This document shows positions 1 to 11,656 of a stretch of 64,000 nt of DNA, in pieces (positions within the stretch are counted from its first letter, which is position 1; each line of letters starts with the position of its first letter). Under the pieces are notes generated by a model. The model did not search any database. It saw only the letters and a list, made by a program, of their open reading frames with translations, and was not told where the DNA came from. Both the position numbers and the translations under genes were made by a program. Origin of the DNA: Eukaryota sp. TZLM1-RC (taxonomy: Eukaryota > Protista > Metamonada: BaSk clade); NCBI GenBank assembly GCA_040285825.1, contig JAUPSS010000007.1, positions 520,501-584,500 of the forward strand, written 5' to 3'.

Positions 1-199
1 AATTTGTTCGCGGTTTAACAATTTTTAGAAAAATTAGACAAGGATCTTAGTTTTATTGCTAATTGAGAAATTGAAAACAACATCAAAATTTTTGCTTTTA
101 AGAATGTGTTATTTTGGAAGATTCGCTCATTTTTTATACACAACTACCCTTCGGAATCTCACAATTTTTGCAGATCTTTGTACAAACTTCGATTCTATT

Positions 200-1445
200 T
201 TTTTCTTCTTTATTGGAAGTAAATGAGTCATTGATTTGAAGTCATGTATTGTGTTCTGCGGATTTCGGTGAAATTTGTTACACCAAATCCTCGATTTTGT
301 GCAAAGCAGCTTTTTCAGGAGGAGGAAGAAGCTTCAAGTTTGAATTCCCCCTAAGGTTCCCTTATGATGTTCATCTGATCCATAGTGAATCACATTTTTA
401 CTGTAATCAACTTCAATTTAAATTGGATCATTTGCCTACTGATATTCGGATTCAGTTTTGCCTCAGAATGTTCGAGAAATAATTCACCGATAACTCGCAA
501 ATTTACGTTTTTGCCTAAAAAAGCCCCAGCACCATTTGGTTAAGATTGAAAGCTTGGATTATGAAGTAAAACTTGGCCTGGTCGAAACTGAAAATCCCGC
601 TGTCGATAATGTTTTAAAGGACATTCGTGATATTTCTGCTGCTGCTGTAGTAGTAACTCAAATTCCCTTTGTTGATGGACTTTTGTTGCAATCAAAATGA
701 ATGGCTTTTTAACATGCGTTTTCGTTGTTATATATGATCAAACAATTTGCCCAATCATTTAACATGTAAATGGGGTAAACCTCTTTTGTTTACTCTTCTT
801 TTGAACTGTGAACATTTCATTACATTTAAAAGTAAAGTGCATTATATTGTCAGGGACCAAATTTATGTAATGTGTAAATTATATCGAGAAGAGTCCTTGA
901 AGAGCCTTTGATATCAAATTTAATTCTTGATGACCCCAATTTTGATAGTACGCGCTGAAACAGAGTTTTTATGGGTCTGACAAGAGGTGATTTTGTGGTT
1001 GTCGGCTTAAATTGTGGTTTTACTGTTTTAAACGCCTTGTCCATTGACCCTTCTAATTCTTCTAACGAACATTTCATTAGTTCAAATGTCCACAAATCTG
1101 TTTTTGCTGGCAAAATATACAAAACTGCTAAATACGCAAAATCCATTTCCTCTGTAAATGAAAATTCTCCTGCTCAATATAATTTTCCCTTTGTTTTTTC
1201 TTTGCTTGCATCTATAGGTCAAGCTGCTATGGCCTTCTTCGAGAATTTTAATGTAGTTGTTGAGGGAAGAACTGGAAGAATTTTCAATCGTGTTTATTGG
1301 CAAAACAGAACTGTATTTTCTACTTTTGAGGGAATGGAGATATTAACTTCTCATTCACTCTCTTCATTTGGTAAATTTTCTGAATCTTTAGTAATTAATT
1401 GTTTTGATGTAGGAAATGCAAGTTTTGAGGATGTGAGCCTTTAGT
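200..1445 (+). mobile_element. Degraded 3' half of a non-LTR retrotransposon with restriction-like endonuclease (RLE), family B
   Basis: Fragments SSILCKAAFSGG, RGDFVV (RLE PD motif), KTAKY and FPFVFSL align by eye with the better-preserved copy at 57470-58639. Many stops and frameshifts. Confidence 0.8.
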
Positions 1446-1524
1446 TGTTTATTTGGTGATTTTTAATTCCTTATTCCATAAATGAATAATTCCATTGAAA
1501 AAAACCAAAAAATTGTTTTACACT

Positions 1525-1591
1525 TATTACATTATTCATTATATATTATTTATTATTTATTTATTATTTATATTTATTATTTATTATTATT
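1525..1591. repeat. (TTAT/TTA)n low-complexity microsatellite directly upstream of a family A element
   Basis: Read directly: ttattac attattcatt atatattatt tattatttat ... Confidence 0.8.
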
Positions 1592-1599
1592 GGGAATTT

Positions 1600-4251
1600 T
1601 TTTGGTTCTTTTTGTCCTCCTTTTTAACAAAATTTCGTAAATATTTCCGAAGATTTAACTAATATAGCACCGAGAAATCAGTCATCCGAGAAATTAAGTG
1701 AAATATTTGAAGAAAAATGCTTTGACAACAAATGGTCCAAGGCTTTGTCAGCTTTAAGTCCCGGAGTTAAAGCACCCAACAATGAAAATACAATAGATCA
1801 ACTGAAAATACTTCATCCTTATGAAGACCCTATAATGGATCAAAATTTCTACAGCACATACTGGGAAAATTATCCATTGATGCCATCAGAAGTTTTTTCA
1901 AAGTGGTTATCAAAAAGAGACCTCGTGGTAAGTCTGCCGGACTTTCTGGTATTACTATTGATCATGTAAAAGCCGCGATTATTTTTTCAGAAGATTGCCT
2001 TGATTTATTGACCAAATTTTTCAACCAAATATTATCTGGTCAACGCAAATACCCAAAAGAATTAAGAAGTTCTCGTTTGACTGCACTTGTCAAAAATTCA
2101 AAAATGGATGTTCGTCCTATTGCAGTCTCTGAGAGCTTACACAATATTTTTTCTGCGTGTTGCTTAAGCAGGTTCAATGAAAAAGCTAAAAAGATTTTAT
2201 TACCCTTTCAATATGGTATAAATACTACAGATGGACTCTTCAGCGATATTTGCTACTGATGTCTTATTTCGTCAAAATGAATCCAATGTTTGCATGTCAT
2301 TGGATTTTAGTAATGCTTTCAATTCACTAAGTCGTCGCAGTTTCCATGGTGCTCTATTGCAATATATGCCGGAATTAATACCATATTTTCAATCAACATA
2401 TTGCACATATTCTAATTTACATTTTGGTAACAACATTTTGAGTTCATCAAGTGGCGTAAAGCAAGGAGATCCGTTAGGACCTCTGTTGTTTTGTTTGGCC
2501 ATTCATCCTATTTTATTGCAAATTCAAGAGATGTTTCCTTCACTAAAAATGATTGCATATATAGATGATGTTGTGCTTATTGGTGATTTAAATATTGTGA
2601 AACAAGCAACTGTATGTTTTTAAGAATTATTTACCAAAATTGGTCTCCGACTTAATTTACTTAAATGTGTTTTGTTATCGAATTCTCCAGTTTCCACAAT
2701 AATTGATGATATTGAAATTCAAGCCAAATTATATTCAATTGATGCTATTCGTCATTTGGGTTCGTTTTTAGGAAATAATGATGAAATTACCAAAAAATTG
2801 TTTGAAAAGTTGAACTCAATTTCTGACAAAATTGTCCGAATGATGAATTTAGATATAAAAAACACATTAAATTTACCATTATAAGACTGTGTTTTAGTTC
2901 CAATTTTAATCATATATTTCGATCTACAAATCCTCTCGTCACTAGACCTTTGGCTCAAAAGTTTGTGGAGTTACGTGCAAAAGTTCTGTCTCAATTACTG
3001 GGATGAAAAATAATTCAAATTCCAGATCATGCTTACCTTAGTCCACATTATGGTGGTTTAGGGTGGACGAAGGCTTCTATTGTTACCTCAAGTGCTTTTG
3101 TTGGTGGATACAGAAATGCAATCTTTGAGTTTTCCCAAAAATTTGCAGATTGGGAAGATTTATTGATGATAACGCAAAGTTCCACTGTTTTTGCATAACG
3201 TGAAGAAATTACAAGAATTGATGTAGAAAATGGGGTCGATGTTTTGCCCAATCATTCAATGGCAATATTCCCAAAAAAATGTTTTAAATTTGAAGGCCAC
3301 TCTTCGAACATTACAGAAACGATTGACTGGAATGTATGAAGAAGATCTTTATAATAATATATGCAGCTCGGCTGTTTTAAATCAAGATCTTCACTCATTG
3401 TTATTGGAAAAGGGTGTTTGTGAAAACTAGTCATCAGATTCTTCACTTTTTGTAGCCATTGTACCACGAAGATTTGGATTGTGTGCCACTAATGAAGCAT
3501 TTGTAACAAAAATGAGATTATATTTCAATAATCCCATTAATCAATTATTATCAAAAGAAAAATGTATTTGTTCGAATTCACCTCAACTCACTTTGCGCCA
3601 TGCTCTGAATTGTTCCAAATTGATAACTGATCGTTTTTCATTACATGATGCTGTTAGAGACACTGTATTCAATATGGCACAAACTGCAGGAATTTCGTGT
3701 ATCAGAGAGCCCCTGCTGAAGGAAACACTTTCTCTGAACAATTTTGGCGCTGATGATAGAGGTGATGTATACTGTGATTGGATTGATAATTCTGAAGCTA
3801 TTGTTGACTTTGGCTCATGTAATGTTGCAAATGATACTTTGGTTCACAGAAGAAAACTTAATCCTGTGGTTGCTCTGGATTTTAAAGCAAAACAGAAACA
3901 TAGAAAATATGATAAAGATATTGAAGAGGCTAATGTCGATAGAAATACACAGCTGGTTTTTATTGCTTTCCCATTTTCGATAAATGGAAGATTATCAGAT
4001 GAAGCAGAAACTTTTTTGAATGACTTCCAAAAATTGGTGCAAGAAATAACAATGAAAAGACTTGATATTATTTTATGGCGTTCACGGATTCAATTTGCCA
4101 TTTTTAATAGATTACCACGGTTTTTCAATCGAATAAGAGAAGCTTTAGCTAGACAGCAAGCAGATCAAGATTTTGCTGAGGAAATCTTGGTTCAATGATA
4201 GTCGTCCCATTAGTTATGAGTTAATTTAATTAAGTGTGCAAATTCAATAAA
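1600..4251 (+). mobile_element. Non-LTR retrotransposon, RT plus C-terminal Zn knuckle and RLE (CRE-like/R2 group), family A, disrupted
   Basis: RT motifs VRPIAVSE, LDFSNAFN, GVKQGDPLGPLLF and YIDD. CCHC knuckle CICSNSPQLTLRHALNC, then LHDAVRD, RGDVY and K..K.RKY endonuclease motifs. Broken across ORFs 1745-4198. Short 3' UTR ends at AATAAA (4246-4251). Confidence 0.92.
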
Positions 4252-5122
4252 TATTATAATGGTTACATTGATTCAAAACAAAATTTAACTATTTCTAACA
4301 AATATATCTTCAAATACATTCCCATTGGTGATCCAACTATGAAATTAGAACCAGTTCAACACAAAACATTTGAATTGTAGGAAAAAGGTAAACCTTTTGA
4401 TTTACTCACTTTTACCTGGTATAATAAATAATAAAAGTGCAAAAATGGGTGGTTCAAGGTGGAAATTTGAAACACTGAAAAAAACCATCTTTATGCACGA
4501 TCAAGACCTTTACACTAATGACAACTGTTGCTCTCTACTCCTTCTTCATTGATTCAGTTTGGGAATAACCTCTTGTTTGAGCAGCGAGCTCTTCCTCGTG
4601 TTTAGCAGCTTCCATTCGTACTGGATTCTTGGTCTTTTTCTTTTGTCCGGGTTGTTTTCTAGGGTTTGGCATTGAAGTAAAGGATTTTTGAATGGGAAAT
4701 CTGAATGTTTCTTTCAACACTACAAAGATGTCCTTCTAAGAAATCCTAAAGATGCTCTTTGGAGATGTTGTGGAGATGATGAATTGAAGTTTTTGTCTAT
4801 CAAGTGAATTCTCATCCATGTTTTTATTCTTTTTGTTATTCAACAGAAATTGATTTTTTATGTTAAATTCGTCATCAACATCCTTTCACCACAACAGACC
4901 TCTTTGTGAATTTCTCTGACTGCCATAGTCAAGTTGATGTGAAGGAGACTGTTAGTAGTGGTGAAGAGAATTTCAGAATTTTGGTAAAACTCAAAAAATC
5001 GTTAAACTTCAGTTTAATGGTATTTCAAATTTACCCTATACAACACTCATACAATATGAACTATGACAAACAGGCAGAAGTAGTTGAAAGAAAGTAGACA
5101 TTATTTACAAGAAACTCAAACA

Positions 5123-6346
5123 TTAAGTGGTGAAAGCTTCAGCTAAAAATATCGAAGCAGGTCTGGAGCCCCAATATGAGGTATGTGATTTAAGGCCATC
5201 AATTACTCTAGAGAACGATCTCTGTTCAATGACGTAATCAAACCGACAATTAAGATCGTTATCGTGTGGAGATTGATGAACTATCCTCTTAACAGAGCTT
5301 GTCTGACCTTCTTCTTCATCGTCTAAATCACATGCTGCAGTATAGTCTACGCCATCTTCACTGGAAGAGGAAATGGAAAACTTTGGGGAGGTGTTTTCTT
5401 CGGCCGTAACAGGTATATCAGCAATCTCAATATCAGCTTTGTTCATGAATCTTTTGGCAAACGTAGAGAATCTACTCGAGGCAGTACTAGGGTTGTAACA
5501 TACCACAGGATTCATTGGAACATATTTCCCATCAAACAGTGGTTCTATTCTATACGCCAATGCGTCCTCCTTATTCAAGAGGGAATACCAGTTTGCACAA
5601 ACAGGAACCCTAATACATTTGTGGGGAATAACTTCTTCTTCCAAGTTCATCATCATTGATAAGGCAGTTCCCATAGAAATAAATGTGTGAATGTGGAAGG
5701 GTAGCGGTGGTACTGTGACGGACTCACTGAGGCTGTGACAAAACATAGGCTCCACATTGTTATCAAGGAGATGGTCTATCAAATGAATCATGTTACCTTC
5801 ACGATTAAAGGCGTCTTCTATTGGAGTTTCAGGTTTACATTGCCTCGATAGGATGTAATGTGCTATTTGTGCACCTTGTGAGTGCCCAAGTACAGAGACC
5901 TTTCCTTTAAAATCAGGGAAATCCATAAGAATGTTGGAATAAGCTTCGCACATTCTTCTCGTAACCCATGCCACTATCTGTTGACGATGTCTTTGTAAAC
6001 ACCAGAGAACCACATCTAAACATAGATTTTCACTAACAGTTCGCCATAAACCTAGTTGAGAAGGGTCCTCTGAGCCTATACGCAGTGCAGCGAGCCAAGA
6101 TTCCTTGTCTGAATGGATGGCATTATGCCATGAAATCGGAATCAGTTTGATGGAATCCAATGATTCATCATCACCTGTAAAGTATTGCGATATGGACTGA
6201 TTAATATTAAGCTGAAGCATCTCAGCATTAGTGATGTGTTTAGTTTCCTGTCCAATTCCAAAGACAACAAAGACTATATGAGTGGGAGTAGTGTTATCGA
6301 TCACCTCAGGTTTGTTGTGGCGTCGAAACAAAGATCCAAAAGGCAT
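5123..6346 (-). CDS. DDHD-domain intracellular phospholipase A1 (PA-PLA1/DDHD1-like)
   Basis: Intact 407-aa ORF. HIVFVVFGIG N-terminal motif, lipase GHSQG (GxSxG), and DDHD motifs DALAYRIEP, RFDY and SHTSYW. Confidence 0.9.
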   Translation of the reverse strand: MPFGSLFRRHNKPEVIDNTTPTHIVFVVFGIGQETKHITNAEMLQLNINQSISQYFTGDDESLDSIKLIPISWHNAIHSDKESWLAALRIGSEDPSQLGLWRTVSENLCLDVVLWCLQRHRQQIVAWVTRRMCEAYSNILMDFPDFKGKVSVLGHSQGAQIAHYILSRQCKPETPIEDAFNREGNMIHLIDHLLDNNVEPMFCHSLSESVTVPPLPFHIHTFISMGTALSMMMNLEEEVIPHKCIRVPVCANWYSLLNKEDALAYRIEPLFDGKYVPMNPVVCYNPSTASSRFSTFAKRFMNKADIEIADIPVTAEENTSPKFSISSSSEDGVDYTAACDLDDEEEGQTSSVKRIVHQSPHDNDLNCRFDYVIEQRSFSRVIDGLKSHTSYWGSRPASIFLAEAFTT

Positions 6347-7013
6347 GGTGTTTGAATGTCGATAAGGGAAAGTGATGAAGAAAAGATGACGTTTTAATTA
6401 CTGCTGTTTGTGTAATAAAATCTTCATGCTGAAATAACTCTTTTACATCTTGTGAACTCTGGCTGATCCCTATTTCACTAACCAAGAAAAACATCTACAA
6501 ACAAAGACTGTTTCAAACGAAACAAAAATCATTTCCTGTTGTTATTAATTCAGGGTGCCCTCCATGTAACCAAGATTCTTTGATTCGGTAGAGCAATCGT
6601 TTATGTTTTGATGGTGCTGTCATTGGTGAATTTCACCATTTGTTGAATAGGCCTAGTATAAACATTTGCTCAAAACATTAAATACTTGAAATGATCAACC
6701 TTCACAACTTTAGATTATAGCAGTATTGGTGATAGCTAACACTGTTTTCCTCCTTCAAACTTGGTTAATGATTCATTATATAGTTTTACACTCACATTTT
6801 GATGATATTGGATAGTGTTTGGAATTTTACCATTTGAGACCTAGACTACATTAAATACATTGGAGAAATTAACAAATTTATTTTATTTATTTCTGACAAT
6901 ATAAATACAAAGTAGAATACAATTAATCAGTGAAAAACGCCTAAAGAAATAAAAAGTTTAAAGTACAAATATACAATTATTAAAAATATTATTATTATTA
7001 ATATAAAAAAAGA

Positions 7014-8351
7014 CTACTGATTTTTAAACTGATTTTTGAGACCTTCTAATTCTTCTACTAATGACGAAATCTTCTGGTAACTTGGAGGAAACTTTAGATC
7101 CAAATTTAAAAATTTTCCCTTGTCAACCTGCTCCTGACAATGTTTAAGAGTTGCTAAAACAGCTGAAGAATGGATAATATTACCAATCAAGTTATAACCA
7201 GCATAGACAGGCTTACCATTGGCAAAACAAAGAAAAGCAGGAAAATCTATTATATTCATAGATTCAATGACAGAAAAACATTGCGGCGAATTCAGTGTGA
7301 ATGTTATTAATGAAATATTTGGAAACTGATCCCTTCTTCTCTCCAAGATTTCAAAATTTGCTTGTTCCATTGCAACCATACACTTTCGACAATCTTTTTC
7401 TTCTGCAGAATCAATAATGATTGATATAAAACAGAAACCGCTGGACTTGACCTCGTCAAATCTTGACCAATGAAGACTTTCTACCTTTTTACGCTGTGGT
7501 TTTTTTGATAGAAAAGGTACCAGTAGGGGATTGGTGATTTGAGTTTTTGACTCCCTGGAACGGCAACTACGACTAATCGCTCTCAACTGTTTCCTTGACT
7601 GATAGAGACTAAATTGGTCCAACTCAAGTGATTTCTCCAGAATATTGACCTCATTTTGAACTTTTCTCTTGAATTCAGACCTTTTTGTGGGTGAATATGA
7701 CCCTTTTTTAAAACATCCTGGTAACTTTTTTACAAAATCATCACACTCAATGACAATCTCTTGCAAGTCAGAGTTAGACAAAACTCTTTCAGACTTTGGC
7801 GGAACAGAGGGAACCAGGGGAGAATAATGCCGACTTTCTTTAAGTTTCTCCCTTGAAAATACAAGACTTTTGGTGGCTAAATCACGACCAATAACTTTGG
7901 TTAAATACGTGCCCCCAGCAAGAGTATTCTCTCTAGCCAGATTGTATGATATTTTGGTCTGTGATCCCGTGTCACGCTGTGGTGATGAAGTATCTTGGAA
8001 ATCAAGGAGAATTTCAAATTCATTGTTGATGGTGATGTAAAAGTCATTTGTTAAGGTGAAAGAATGGTTGTTTTCCTCATTAAACCAAGACCATTCATAT
8101 AGTGTTGTTGAAGTCTTCCCTTTGTTTGATTCTGTTACAAGAAGACCATTCTTCTTACAAGTGAAGATGGGTTCTCCATTAGGAAGATTAGCAGATCCGA
8201 GTCCTTGTGGGTTGAATGATAGTATGATGTTACCCTTTGTGCAAAAACCAACAGTGTTAAAGCCACCTGATTTAAGACAGGTTCGAACTATTGCAAGAGA
8301 TCCAGATACATAAAATATAGATTCGGAACCGTCATTGCTGCGCTGTCGCAT
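7014..8351 (-). CDS. FAM194/ERICH6/C3orf20-like protein with a possible C-terminal thioredoxin-like fold; 5' end may extend upstream
   Basis: 445-aa ORF. IFYVSGSLAIV resembles the FAM194 YPSGxLAI motif, followed by FNPQGLG and G-rich beta hairpins. C-terminus has CRKC and FPAFLCFANGKPVYAG. Confidence 0.55.
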   Translation of the reverse strand: MRQRSNDGSESIFYVSGSLAIVRTCLKSGGFNTVGFCTKGNIILSFNPQGLGSANLPNGEPIFTCKKNGLLVTESNKGKTSTTLYEWSWFNEENNHSFTLTNDFYITINNEFEILLDFQDTSSPQRDTGSQTKISYNLARENTLAGGTYLTKVIGRDLATKSLVFSREKLKESRHYSPLVPSVPPKSERVLSNSDLQEIVIECDDFVKKLPGCFKKGSYSPTKRSEFKRKVQNEVNILEKSLELDQFSLYQSRKQLRAISRSCRSRESKTQITNPLLVPFLSKKPQRKKVESLHWSRFDEVKSSGFCFISIIIDSAEEKDCRKCMVAMEQANFEILERRRDQFPNISLITFTLNSPQCFSVIESMNIIDFPAFLCFANGKPVYAGYNLIGNIIHSSAVLATLKHCQEQVDKGKFLNLDLKFPPSYQKISSLVEELEGLKNQFKNQ

Positions 8352-8919
8352 AAGTAGGATGGTGCTTTATAATAAATGGCAAATGAAAGACGTTCAAATT
8401 CAATTATTTCTTTTGATTCAACACACAAATATTCTACTTCAACTTCAAGTTGAACTCTACAAACTTCACCATGACTAAATTTTTCAACAAAGTTTGGAGA
8501 AGTAAAACACAGTTTAAGTCAATGGTGGTCAAATATATCATTGATTGTTGGCCTTCAAATGAGAGTGTTCGGTTCGGGTCCAAATTCATAAAAAAATTGC
8601 CGTATAATATTTTTGAACATGTTGTCTTGAAGCTGTCATCATAAAAGTAATTTGCTCAGCTAGCATAATGGCTGACGGCAACAATTACTTGTGGCAAGTA
8701 TAATATGACATATGAAATCTTAAATAATTGAAAAATTAGTATCAAATTTTCAAAATGAATTTTCATAGAAGGCTTTTCTTCCAATATTGATTTTTCACTT
8801 GCAATGAGTGATACATCATCTGCACCGTTTGATATCCTTGATGATGAACTTTTGGTCGATGCAATCGGTGACTTTTATCCTGAACTACCATTTAATCCAC
8901 TTTCTGATATGTTGTTTTT

Positions 8920-9370
8920 ATTAATAATTTCATTAAAAACCTATAAATCAACATCTAAAAAATCCATCTCTCCCAAAACAAACACACTAGACAAAACAAA
9001 AACAACTCTCTCATAGTGAGATCCAAGAGAAAGCAAAGCATCAGAAACCATTTTCAACATCCCCTAAAAAATAGAAAACACAATTCTATTATGCCAAAAC
9101 AATCTGTTGATATTTCTGTTACTTCTTCTCTTTACGACCATTTCAAAATCTTGCAAAAAACGTATAACCGTTGGAGCTAGTGAAACAAAAAAGAGAAAAT
9201 ACAGATGGATACAAATTGTATTTTGCATGCTGTTGGACTGGCCAATTTGAACTAAGGTACATTGTTTTATTTGATTTTGAAATTTTCAGCATTTGAAAGA
9301 GGATTATGAATTTCAGAATTAACAAGTCTTTCATTTGGGGCATAACAAGGATCAACAGACATTACATCCA
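8920..9370 (-). mobile_element. 3' fragment of RLE non-LTR family B
   Basis: Reverse strand reads DVMSVDPC, YNLYPSVFSLF and MVSDALLSLGSHYE, matching the fragments at 31720-32020 and 42360-42930. Confidence 0.75.
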
Positions 9371-9589
9371 AGAAACTGAATATGATGGTTCTTTCTGATA
9401 TGTTATCCCCAATTATGTCTTCTGAAATCCATAATAATGCACATATACCTGACCATTCATATTCTGAACTACCGTTAAATTTATTATTTTATGCTTTATC
9501 CCGAACTTTTTCCGCTTTGGTAAAATTCGAAAAATCTAACAAATTTCAATAAGGATTTTACATCATTTTTCCCAATAAAACAATTCATT

Positions 9590-11330
9590 GTAATGACACT
9601 AGATGTTCGAAACATGATACCTCTTACAGCACCAAAACTGGTAAGGGAACACTACCATGCTCGTAATCGTCATGTCAAGCAGTTGACTATTCAAGAATTC
9701 ACGAAAGATTCTACACGACCTTCCGTTGTATCCCTCACACTATTATTGCTGTCTACTAAACCTATCGTTTCTGATAAAGACATTGGCGCAATTATGGCAC
9801 TGATTGAGGACCTTATTGTCGAACAAAATTGACATTTCTCCTTTGTTCAAAGTAACGTTCTTCCGAACCTAATTGGATATTTCAATAATGCATTAGAAAA
9901 CTTGTCATCAGAACATACTGTCAAGAGACGAGTAATAAATGCAGTGCATTCCCCATTGTTCAAAGATGAAGAAAAAGTTGAGGACTTTGCAAGCCAAGGT
10001 GTCACTGATTCTGAGCCTATGGACGAGGTTGGACCATAAATAGGTGTAACATTCCACCAAATCAATGATAAATTGGATTTAATATCTGTTGTTTTGACAG
10101 TGACCATGTTACCGCATCCCTACGACAAACATACAATTCAGCATTTTTATAACTATTGTCGTCTAAATTTCACATTGAAGACATAATTCACACCATAAAT
10201 TGTGATAATGCTTAAAATATGTTATCTGCACTGAAATTAGTTTAAAACAATCGCGAAATACAGGACATAGACTTGTAACTTGGCAATGTGGTGCTCATTT
10301 TTCAAACATTGTGCTTGGAGCAGGTTATAAGATGAGAAAAAGATAAATAAATTACAACAATTACCAACTGTGGATATAGACGGTGACTTTTAATTAATTC
10401 AAGAATATGATGGGTATCAGCAGAGCAACGAGTTTTCCCTAAAGGAGGCAGTTCTTCGTGTAACTAATTTTGAAAAAGAAGCTTCATTACTCTGGTGAAA
10501 AAAAAGTGCTGAAGGATGCTGTCTTCAGCGTTCTCGAGACAGAAAACTGATCACAATTCCGCTAGATCGGCAACGCGGTGGAACAGTACTTATTTCATAC
10601 TATCCTCATGTTAAAAGTGTGTTGATATTGTACAAGATACGTTTCAAGAAGGTTTGGTGGTATGTGAAACAATATAAATGAACCAAAATTGGAATGAAAA
10701 ATTAACAGTTTATGTTCCATTTTTGGAATCTTTTGATGAAGTTAGCACCAAGTTGTCCGGTTTTAAGTATTCAACTGATGAAATTACTTTATCTATATGA
10801 CAAATGTACAAAAAACCATTCAAGAAAACATTGAAGTATCAAATGATGAATGGAGAAAACCTGTCCTCAAAAAAATGAAAAGATGGTGCAATGTATGAAA
10901 TTTATTTTTGACGACGCAGTGTATATTGGTATGGATTCCAGATATGAAACTGCCACCTTTGAGATCAAAATTGATATCAAGGAGCCAGAACAATACTACT
11001 GGGAATGTTGACACATATACAGGAGCAGATGGTTTATAATGTGAAACAATCTAGATATGACGAAGGAGATCTATTTTCCCCAAAAAAAAGACAAATCATT
11101 TAATGATGCAATCGATTGGTGAAAAGTTAATGAAAACATGTATCCCATTTTGGCATCATTGGCCATTAGTATCTTTACTTTTCAGCACCTTGTGAGCCAC
11201 GATTTTATCTACAGGTCGTGAGCACACAGAGTACAGAGCTTCATTGACTGATGTAACTGCTGAGGCCTTGGTAGGGCTCAAATCCGGAGGAACTAGTTTT
11301 GTGAACCATGCTGCAATGGACAATAGAATA
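9590..11330 (+). pseudogene. Degraded hAT-superfamily transposase
   Basis: Read across frameshifts: INCDNA (~10195), CGAH CxxH motif (10287), ATRWNSTYF (from 10570), and the dimerisation domain W*KVNENMYPILASLA...YRASLTDVTAEAL (11113-11285). Confidence 0.85.
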
Positions 11331-11656
11331 CGGTATTTGTTTAAATTTGTGCCTATATTAGTTTTGAATAAATTTTATTTATAACTTTAGCTCTAGTGCA
11401 AAAATCATGATATTTAGGTTTAATTTAGGTTTAAAGATGAGTAGGTCCAGGTTTGGTTCAAGTTCAAAGATAAATAGGTTCAGTTTTCCAACTAGTCCTA
11501 CCTCACCAAAAAAGTTGCAGAAATTAGCAGTCTCTATAAAGGTCACTGTAGTGAAAACACAGGCACAGGGTGCAGGTTGTCCCAATCTGTGACAACACAT
11601 TATGAGTGGTCACTCCGGTCTTGAAAAATTGTCTGGACTATTACATTGCGAGGACA

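Noticed and set aside
4535-4720. Small basic ORF MPNPRKQPGQKKKTKNP...
   Set aside because: Only about 45 codons from the ATG, with no recognisable family or convincing splice extension.
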